A DNA stretch of 32,000 nucleotides, from the NCBI RefSeq assembly GCF_008189285.1, contig NZ_CP043315.1, positions 390,001 to 422,000 on the forward strand, written 5' to 3'. Every line of letters begins with the position of its first letter. Position 1 is the first letter of the stretch. A model generated the notes under the pieces. That model worked only from the letters and a program-made list of their open reading frames with translations. It was not told the origin of the DNA and ran no database searches. Source of the DNA: Candidatus Saccharimonadota bacterium (GTDB taxonomy: Bacteria; Pseudomonadota; Alphaproteobacteria; CAJXXZ01; 1604HC). The position numbers were made by a program, and so were the translations under genes. Positions 1 through 7,022 of the stretch are shown in pieces.

Positions 1-663
1 ATTTGAAATTACTGCAATCTTTGGATCATTAAAATTAATTTTTTCAATTTCTTTAGCTAATTCTTTTTGCACACTTTCAACTAATGAAGAATGGAACCCT
101 CCACTAACTTTTAATTGTATGCATCTTTTTATTCCAAATTCTTTGTAAGATTGATTAATTTGATTTTTCAATCTTTCATCACAACTGATAATAATCTGAG
201 AATCAAGATTGTGATTTGAAACTTCGCATACCAATCCTGTTGAATCATTAATATTTTTAGCAAAATTTGCCACATCTTCAAAATTTGCGATACAAGCAAA
301 CATTATTCCAGAGCACTTAGCCATTAATTCTGATCTCAATTTTATCAATCTTAATCCATCTTCAAAACTAAAGCATCCAGCAGCGTAACACGCAGCATAC
401 TCTCCAACTGAATGACCAGCTAAATATGCAGGCCCAACACTGTCCTTCATTGCAAGCCAAATTGCACATGAAACAACATATAAAGCAGGCTGAGAATATA
501 AAGTGTTGCTCAATTCTTGATCTGTTTTTTGCAAAATAGATTGAAAATCAGGGTAAATATTATTGGCGCGGTCAAAAATCTCTTTACTAATTTCAAGCAG
601 ATCCATTCCCATGCCTTGTTTTTGAGCTCCTTGTCCAGGAAATACAATAGAATATTTTGTCAT
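1..663 (-). CDS. fabD: malonyl-CoA:ACP transacylase FabD (N-terminal 221 codons; 3' end runs off the left edge of the window)
   Basis: Absent from the ORF track because it is truncated. My translation from the ATG at 663..661 gives MTKYSIVFPGQGAQKQGMG...YLAGHSVGEYAACYAAG...NDPKIAVISN. It carries the FPGQGxQ and GHSxGE active-site motifs of FabD, and the frame stays open to position 1. Confidence 0.85.
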   Translation of the reverse strand, partial: MTKYSIVFPGQGAQKQGMGMDLLEISKEIFDRANNIYPDFQSILQKTDQELSNTLYSQPALYVVSCAIWLAMKDSVGPAYLAGHSVGEYAACYAAGCFSFEDGLRLIKLRSELMAKCSGIMFACIANFEDVANFAKNINDSTGLVCEVSNHNLDSQIIISCDERLKNQINQSYKEFGIKRCIQLKVSGGFHSSLVESVQKELAKEIEKINFNDPKIAVISN

Positions 664-737
664 AGAGAGAAATTATATACCTAATAATTCAACTTATCCA
701 TACTTATTTATCAAAAATTTATTATATTTTAACCATA

Positions 738-2498
738 ATGCATTCTAATTCTGACATGAGTCAAAATAATCCTGACCTAAATAAATTGTTTCCATACTTC
801 AGAAATTCAATGAATTATCTGATGCAAGAAGGAGAAAAATTTGCTCAGAAATACCCTTCCATAGCAAAAGAATTAAATTTCTCAGAACACAAAATTTCAG
901 ATCCACATGTTAAAAGAGTCATAGAGGCATTTGCGTTTTTTGATGCTAGATTGCAATATCAAGTTGATGATCAAATGCGTGATATTAGCGCCAATCTTCT
1001 TAATGCGCTGTATCCACAATTCACAGCCCCAATCCCTTCATGCACTATATTGCAATTTCATAAAATGAAAAATATTTCTCAGAAACAAAGTATTTCTATA
1101 GAAAAAAACACTCAAGTAAAAGCAAAAAACTCTTACAAGCAAGAATGTACATTTTCTACTGTATATGATTTAGATCTAACTGATTTTCAGATCAATCAAA
1201 TGCAATATGTAAAAGCAGAGCAATCTGATTTAGCAGTAAAAAATTCATTTATGCTTGGATTAAATGCGCAAAATATAAAACCAAATCAAAGCGTCAGTTT
1301 ATTTATTAATTCAGACTCATTCTCTTCATTTTCTTTGTATGAAAACATATTAGCTTATAACCATGATGGCCCAACTCCAATTTTTGCTGCAAATTTAAAA
1401 CATGAATTATTGCAAAAAGAACCAATAGGATACATTTACCCCAAAGGATTTAGCGATGAAGATGCTCTTCTAGATATTCCGCAATATTGCTCTGATATAC
1501 ATAGAAATCTAATGGAGTACAGCGCATTTCCAGAGAAGTTCCTATTTGTCGATATGAAATTTAATGATTTTAATTTTGAAAACAATGAAATACAATTATT
1601 GATTCCATTAAGTGAAAAAGCTAATCCAAATACAATTCACCTAAATAACAATATGCTGTCTACTAACTGCACACCAGCAATTAACTTATTTCCAAAAAAA
1701 TCAGAACCTATTATGATAAATTATGAATCTGAATCATATAAATTAATTCCAGCAAAAAATGAAATTGCATTTGAAATACACACAATACAGAATGTTTATC
1801 AATATGATCAATCCAAAGAAAATAATAGAATAACTTATAATCAATATTTTGGATTTCGCCATCATGATACAAGCAAGTCTTGGTATCACTACAGGCAGCC
1901 ATCTATTTATGATGGAACAGATGCATTTATAGCCTTAGTAGATGAGGAAATGAAGCACCTTGATTCAAATTCAGCAACAATATACGCAGATTTATTATGC
2001 ACGAATAGAAAGCAAGCAGAGCATATTAAGATCAATACAGAATTTCAGGTAAATAAAATTGACGGAGTGTATTGCTCAAATCTAATACAGCCAACCCAAA
2101 GCATGTATTCTAATAGTGAAGGCAAAGAACAGTGGTCATTAATTTCCAACCTATCTTTAAATCATATAAGCTTAGCGATAAATCGTAATAATATAGAAAC
2201 ATTGCAAAAAATGCTGTCAATATATAGCTCAAGAAAAGATCTAAAACAATACAATAAAAAAATATTAAAAATTGAATACAAAGAATCTATAGGAAGAGTA
2301 AAAAATGCAATCACCGAAACTCTTCCAAAAATCATATTCAAAATCACATTTGAAGATTCAAATGCAGAAATATTTTTATTGTCTGTCTTATTGAGCAATA
2401 TTTTAATCAAAACTGCGCCATTCAATAGCCTGGTAGATGTTTTAATATTAAAAAATTCAAATGATACAATATGGAAAAAGGTTAGCTTAGAACAATGA
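738..2498 (+). CDS. tssF: type VI secretion baseplate protein TssF
   Basis: 586 aa. The N-terminal block LFPYFRNSMNYLMQEGEKFAQKYPSIAKELNF...DPHVKRVIEAFAFFDARLQYQVDDQMRDISANLLNALYPQFTAPIPSCTILQF matches the conserved TssF (ImpG/VasA) N-terminus. The size is typical, and the stop overlaps the tssG start (ATGA). Confidence 0.88.
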   Translation: MHSNSDMSQNNPDLNKLFPYFRNSMNYLMQEGEKFAQKYPSIAKELNFSEHKISDPHVKRVIEAFAFFDARLQYQVDDQMRDISANLLNALYPQFTAPIPSCTILQFHKMKNISQKQSISIEKNTQVKAKNSYKQECTFSTVYDLDLTDFQINQMQYVKAEQSDLAVKNSFMLGLNAQNIKPNQSVSLFINSDSFSSFSLYENILAYNHDGPTPIFAANLKHELLQKEPIGYIYPKGFSDEDALLDIPQYCSDIHRNLMEYSAFPEKFLFVDMKFNDFNFENNEIQLLIPLSEKANPNTIHLNNNMLSTNCTPAINLFPKKSEPIMINYESESYKLIPAKNEIAFEIHTIQNVYQYDQSKENNRITYNQYFGFRHHDTSKSWYHYRQPSIYDGTDAFIALVDEEMKHLDSNSATIYADLLCTNRKQAEHIKINTEFQVNKIDGVYCSNLIQPTQSMYSNSEGKEQWSLISNLSLNHISLAINRNNIETLQKMLSIYSSRKDLKQYNKKILKIEYKESIGRVKNAITETLPKIIFKITFEDSNAEIFLLSVLLSNILIKTAPFNSLVDVLILKNSNDTIWKKVSLEQ

Positions 2499-3385
2499 AC
2501 CTAGAGGAAAAATTAATTTCACAGCCATGGAAATTCTCCTTGCATCAATTCATGTTTTTGTCTAAACAAATTGATCCAAATTTAAAATTCAAAGGAAATA
2601 TAGATTTAAGTCCAAGTCCAAGCGATATTATTGAAATCAATCAAGACGAGCGACATGTTTTAGTTAATGGAATTAGTTTGCTAGGAATTCAAGGCGCACT
2701 TCCAATTCATTACATAGATATGATTATGAATAGAAAAAGAAAAAAAGATCATGCTTTGCAAGACTTCTTAGACATTTTCAATAATAAAATAATCAACAAT
2801 ACTTTTGATATAAAGAAAAAATCAGTTTTCTCACTAAGCGCTTCAAAATTTCAAAAAACATCATCAGGCAGAATCGCAAATGCAATAGGATTAGGTGAAT
2901 TACATAATTCTAATTCTATAACAAGGGAACTTTGCACAGCATTGCCTATTTTATTTTGGTCGCAAAAAAGCCCTAATAATTTAATCTATATACTTCAATC
3001 ATTTCTAAAAGACGCAAAAGTAGAATGCAAACAATTTATAGGAAAATGGATCAAAATAGAAGAGGAAGACCAAACTATATTAAGATCAAACTGTAAAAAA
3101 CCAAGTCTTGGATTAAAATTTCTAGGAAAAAGATTTTGGAATAGCAAGCATGGAATAAAAATTATAATAACCACAAAATCTCTTGAGTTATATTCTAAAT
3201 TATTACCAAACGAATCTTTCAGGAAAGACTTGGAGCTTATTATCAAATCGTATATTCCTTATAATATAAATTTCCAAATTGAATTAAATCTAATATACAA
3301 ATCTCAACCAACATTATTATTAGGAAAGCAAAGTATATTATCTTACTTCAGTTGGTTAAATAATGCATCATGCGAAAAAAGATAA
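2495..3385 (+). CDS. tssG: type VI secretion baseplate protein TssG
   Basis: 296 aa. PWKFSLHQFMFLSKQ...LLGIQGALPIHYIDMIMNRKRKKDHALQDFLDIFNNK matches the TssG signature (F-F-Q...GLxGxxGPLPxHYTE...FLDIFNHR). It overlaps tssF by 4 nt. Confidence 0.82.
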   Translation: MNLEEKLISQPWKFSLHQFMFLSKQIDPNLKFKGNIDLSPSPSDIIEINQDERHVLVNGISLLGIQGALPIHYIDMIMNRKRKKDHALQDFLDIFNNKIINNTFDIKKKSVFSLSASKFQKTSSGRIANAIGLGELHNSNSITRELCTALPILFWSQKSPNNLIYILQSFLKDAKVECKQFIGKWIKIEEEDQTILRSNCKKPSLGLKFLGKRFWNSKHGIKIIITTKSLELYSKLLPNESFRKDLELIIKSYIPYNINFQIELNLIYKSQPTLLLGKQSILSYFSWLNNASCEKR

Positions 3386-3402
3386 TTAAATTAGAGTTTA
3401 TT

Positions 3403-3555
3403 CTGATTTAATTAGAATTTATTCTAATCTGATTAGGACGCACTTTGTGTGGACTGATTTAATTAGAATTTATTCTAATCTGATTAGGACGCACTTTGTG
3501 TGGACTGATTTAATGAGAATACATTCTGATCTGGTTGATTTGCTCTTAAGCAAAT
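3403..3555. repeat. 51-bp tandem direct repeat: two exact copies plus one degenerate copy, each with an internal 8-bp inverted repeat
   Basis: The unit ctgatttaattagaatttattctaatctgattaggacgcactttgtgtgga starts at 3403 and again identically at 3454. A diverged third copy starts at 3505. attagaat/attctaat inside each unit are reverse complements separated by 2 nt. Confidence 0.85.
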
Positions 3556-3623
3556 TAATTTAATCGGAGCTTGCTTTGATAAATCTAATTGGAATACATT
3601 TCATTATATGTTAAAAATATGTA

Positions 3624-4538
3624 ATGAAGATTTTACTAGCTATCTTATTTGCTTTCTCTATGAATATGAATGCAAAAAATAGCAATGATATATACAATAA
3701 ATCAAATAGTAAAAATGAAATAGACAAAACAAGCGAAGAAGCCTTATGGCACAAAGCAAATCAATTATTCAAACAGTCAAATTATTCAAAAGCAGCAAAA
3801 ATATTAATGCAAATAGAAGAGCTTTATCCATCTTCTTCAAGAATCAAAGATGTTCTTTTTCTTGCTTCAAAATCATTTCTTTTGTGCAAGCAATATAAAA
3901 AAGCAATTGAAGCAGCAGAATTATTGAAAGAGCTAGACGCGTCATACAAAGAACATTCAATAGATGATGTGTTAATTCAATCTTATTATGCTCTTTTGAG
4001 AAGTCCAGAACGAGAAAATCCAACATTAAGAATGACATTAGCTTTGGCTGATAAGCATCCAAAAAAATACCATAGAATCAGACAAAAATGCATAGATATA
4101 TTAGCGTATGCAGATCTAAAAACAGGATTGTTATATGCAAAGAAAGATAATTATATAATATCCTTAAAATATTATGGAAATATAATTAGAGAATATAAAG
4201 AAAGCGCATTTACCAGCGAAGCATATTTTAGATGCGTAGAAATTTTCCATCATTTAGGCTTAACAAAAGACAAAAACCAATGCATAAAAATACTTGCTAT
4301 TAAATATTCAAAATCTGAATGGTATCAAAAAGCAATTGGACTAAAAGATGGTGGCAGCAAATGCGAAAAAATTATGTCTAATAATATTAAAAACAATTCT
4401 CAATCAACTATAAATGAAACTGAAAAGTCATATAATGTTTATATGAAAGATAGAAAAGATGAGAAAAAGATGAAAGAAAAAGAGGCGCAAAAATACAAAC
4501 CAAGAAAAACCAAAAAAAATCAAGAAATTAAAATATGA
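3624..4538 (+). CDS. TPR-type outer-membrane assembly protein, BamD/YfiO-like, with a Lys-rich C-terminal tail
   Basis: It has an N-terminal signal-like segment (MKILLAILFAFSMNMNA). This is followed by ALWHKANQLFKQSNYSKAAKILMQIEELYPSSSRIKDVLFLASKSFLLCKQYKKAIEAAE, which follows the BamD pattern of a TPR lead-in plus 'YP-S' motif. No lipobox Cys is present. The stop overlaps the ligA start (ATGA). Confidence 0.45.
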   Translation: MKILLAILFAFSMNMNAKNSNDIYNKSNSKNEIDKTSEEALWHKANQLFKQSNYSKAAKILMQIEELYPSSSRIKDVLFLASKSFLLCKQYKKAIEAAELLKELDASYKEHSIDDVLIQSYYALLRSPERENPTLRMTLALADKHPKKYHRIRQKCIDILAYADLKTGLLYAKKDNYIISLKYYGNIIREYKESAFTSEAYFRCVEIFHHLGLTKDKNQCIKILAIKYSKSEWYQKAIGLKDGGSKCEKIMSNNIKNNSQSTINETEKSYNVYMKDRKDEKKMKEKEAQKYKPRKTKKNQEIKI

Positions 4539-6208
4539 GCAAAGAATTATTAGAAGAATGGAAAGAAATAGCTAAAAAAATCAAAAAATATGATAAAAAA
4601 TATGCGCATGGAATTCCTCTTATATCAGATTTTTCTTACGATGCTCTTAAACAACGATTAGAAGATATAGAAAAAATTATAGGAAAACAGCGAAATAGCC
4701 CTTTAAATACAATTGGAGAAGTTGAGGAAAAAACAGTAGATCATGCAACCCCTATGCTTTCTCTTGATCATGGATATGGAGCAAATTCTATATCTGATTT
4801 TTATAAGAAGATTTATAACGCAACAAAATCTACTTATGAGAAAGCTGTTCCTAAAATGATTATAGAGCATAAAATTGACGGTGTAGCAGTATCTATTAGA
4901 TATGAAAATGGAGCAATAAAATATGTTCTCACAAGAGGGGATGGATTCGCAGGAATTGACATAACCAAACAATCAAAATATATAAAAGGAATCCCACAAA
5001 ATATTTCATTAAAAGATTTTGATATTAGAGGTGAAATATACATGACATTCGAAGATTTCGACAAAACTCAAGGATTTAAAAGCCCACGTAATGCAACTAC
5101 TGGAATAATCAGAAGCAAAGAAATGGATTTTATAGCATCACATAATCTGCAATTCATTGCACATGGATTTGTAAACAAAGGAAACTTTGAACAATATTCT
5201 GAAGGAATAGAATTTATCAAAAATGCTGGATTTCAAATATCTGATTATCATATAAGTAAATCTGAGCAAGAATCAATAGAAATTTTTGAAAAATTTGATC
5301 GCGATAGCGTTCCCTATCCTATTGATGGAATGGTATTTAAAATCAATGATTTAAATTTATGCGAACAATTGGGTCATCATAGAACCGCTCCAAGATATGC
5401 ATTTGCAGCTAAATTTCCTCCAAAAAATACAAAGACTTTCATTAAAAATATCGAATTTCAGGTTGGTAAGTTTGGAACAATTACTCCAGTTGCAGAAGTA
5501 AATTCAATAGAAATAGATGGAGTTATGATTCAAAAAGTATCCATGCATAACATGGCTGAATTGCAAAACAAGAAATACAATATAGGAGATGAGATTATAA
5601 TTGCTAGAGCTGGAGATGTAATACCTTATATACTTTCAAAAGAGAGCTCAGGCGAAAAATCTTTTGAACTTCCAAATCAATGCCCTGTTTGTAATTTTAA
5701 ATTAATTTGGGATAGCGTTACAATGAGATGCACAAATGGGTGGAATTGTAATGCGCAAGCTTTATTGAGGATTGAGCATTTTGTATCAAGAAAAGCAATG
5801 AATATTAGTGGTTTAGGAGCGAAAAATATCGAGAAATTATTCAATGCTGATATTGTAAAAAAGCCAAATGATATATTTAATATAATAAATTTAGTGCTTA
5901 ACAATGATGAGGTAATCAAAAAATTACTTGGTACAAAAGTTGCGCAAAACACATTTGAAAGCATTCAGAAAAATAAAAAATTATCTCTAAGTAGATTTAT
6001 ATATTGCTTGTGCATTCCTAATATTGGACATGGAATGGCTAAGACCATAGCAACTCATTGCATAACATTTGATAATTTTATAAATATATTTCAATCAGAT
6101 CAAATAGAAATCAAAGGTGTTGGTCCTATGATTATTGAATCTATCAAGAAATTTATTTCTGAAGAAAAATGGATCTATGATGCGTATCAAAAAATTGAAA
6201 TTATATAA
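4535..6208 (+). CDS. ligA: NAD-dependent DNA ligase LigA, short form apparently lacking the BRCT domain
   Basis: The KxDG adenylation motif (IEHKIDGVAVSIRYENG), the Cys4 zinc finger (CPVCNFKLIWDSVTMRCTNGWNC) and HhH-like segments (ISGLGAKNIEKL, IPNIGHGMAKTI, IKGVGPMIIESI) are present. The 557-aa length is well below the usual ~670 aa. Confidence 0.9.
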   Translation: MSKELLEEWKEIAKKIKKYDKKYAHGIPLISDFSYDALKQRLEDIEKIIGKQRNSPLNTIGEVEEKTVDHATPMLSLDHGYGANSISDFYKKIYNATKSTYEKAVPKMIIEHKIDGVAVSIRYENGAIKYVLTRGDGFAGIDITKQSKYIKGIPQNISLKDFDIRGEIYMTFEDFDKTQGFKSPRNATTGIIRSKEMDFIASHNLQFIAHGFVNKGNFEQYSEGIEFIKNAGFQISDYHISKSEQESIEIFEKFDRDSVPYPIDGMVFKINDLNLCEQLGHHRTAPRYAFAAKFPPKNTKTFIKNIEFQVGKFGTITPVAEVNSIEIDGVMIQKVSMHNMAELQNKKYNIGDEIIIARAGDVIPYILSKESSGEKSFELPNQCPVCNFKLIWDSVTMRCTNGWNCNAQALLRIEHFVSRKAMNISGLGAKNIEKLFNADIVKKPNDIFNIINLVLNNDEVIKKLLGTKVAQNTFESIQKNKKLSLSRFIYCLCIPNIGHGMAKTIATHCITFDNFINIFQSDQIEIKGVGPMIIESIKKFISEEKWIYDAYQKIEII

Positions 6209-6462
6209 ATCCATTAAAATAAAATAATAAAATATAAATTCACAATGAATATTCAAATGAATAAGAATAGAGGTTGTGTAAATCCATTAAAATAATGGAT
6301 AAAAATTATATAAATATTAAAATAAATTATTTAAATGAGAGCAATCAATATTATCGAAATCATCAAATTGTATTGCAAATCATGATCTTCATTGTAATAA
6401 ATTAAATGTATTTATGTTTAGAAATTATGTTGAAAAAATAATAATTTATCAATTGATAAATA

Positions 6463-7020
6463 TTACTTTCCTCCAGTTACAGTTGACTCTTTAACATTGT
6501 ATTTAAATTCAAATACTCCGTCAGAAGCTCCATCATCTTTAATTTTGCTAAACTTAACTGCCCTGCTATCAAATGCAAATCTCATAAAGTAAAATGCACC
6601 CAATTGACTTGCAACATAAACAACATTGCACATCCCATAAGTTAAAGTAAGTAATTTTTGTCTTTCATTTTTAACTAAAACAGTTTTTACAAGCTCAATC
6701 TTTGTTATAGGATCAGATGACAATCCTTTTTGTTGCAATTCAAAGGCAAAAATACTTTCAGGAATGTAAATTTCTACAAAACCAGAGTTGATTGTTCCTC
6801 CAACTGAAGCGCTGTTTTGTCTACTATCCTTCCTAATATTGTTACGAAAAGATTCTGAAAATTTCTTAACAGTAGCAAATTTCTCGAATCCTTTTACAGA
6901 TCCTTTAGCATTTAAACCATCAGCAGAGACAAATAAATCAGAACCCGAGGTTTGCTTATCATCTATCTCTATATTTAATTCTTCTGTATTTAGAATTGTG
7001 TAATCTTGTTCAGTGCTCAT
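6463..7020 (-). CDS. divergent Hcp (TssD)-like tube protein candidate
   Basis: 185 aa. It starts 2 nt after the stop of the tssBC ORF, the usual tssB-tssC-hcp position. Strand-like blocks (GGTINSGFVEIYIPESIFAFEL, ITKIELV, LLTLTYGMCNVVYV, FMRFAFDSRAVKFSKIKDDGASDGVFEFKYN) follow the order of Hcp beta strands, but similarity is weak. There is a ~30-aa N-terminal extension. Confidence 0.5.
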   Translation of the reverse strand: MSTEQDYTILNTEELNIEIDDKQTSGSDLFVSADGLNAKGSVKGFEKFATVKKFSESFRNNIRKDSRQNSASVGGTINSGFVEIYIPESIFAFELQQKGLSSDPITKIELVKTVLVKNERQKLLTLTYGMCNVVYVASQLGAFYFMRFAFDSRAVKFSKIKDDGASDGVFEFKYNVKESTVTGGK

Positions 7021-7022
7021 GA

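Noticed and set aside
3624-4538. I considered whether the TPR protein after tssG is a T6SS accessory component rather than BamD.
   Set aside because: The signal peptide plus the N-terminal TPR lead-in followed by the 'YP' motif fits BamD/YfiO better. It is translationally coupled to ligA, not to tssG (238-bp repeat-filled gap). I kept it as BamD-like at low confidence.
1711-5964. There are many 60-95-aa antisense or out-of-frame ORFs within tssF, tssG, the BamD-like gene and ligA (for example 1711-1902, 2162-2425, 2995-3246, 3844-4062, 4703-4972, 4834-5064, 5677-5964). Similar ones occur inside tssBC, radA, nusA and the 974-aa gene.
   Set aside because: All are nested in longer ORFs with strong family motifs. 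Their composition is Phe/Ile/Leu/Ser-rich, as expected for antisense readings of AT-rich coding DNA.
6206-6300. A 17-bp direct repeat, taaatccattaaaataa, occurs at 6206-6222 and 6279-6295. The second copy forms a 7-bp hairpin (atccatt-aaaat-aatggat, 6282-6300) between the convergent ligA and hcp-like genes. I considered it as a bidirectional terminator.
   Set aside because: The stem is short and AT-rich, and no U-tract follows it on either strand. The repeat partly consists of the ligA stop codon context. This is not enough to call a terminator.
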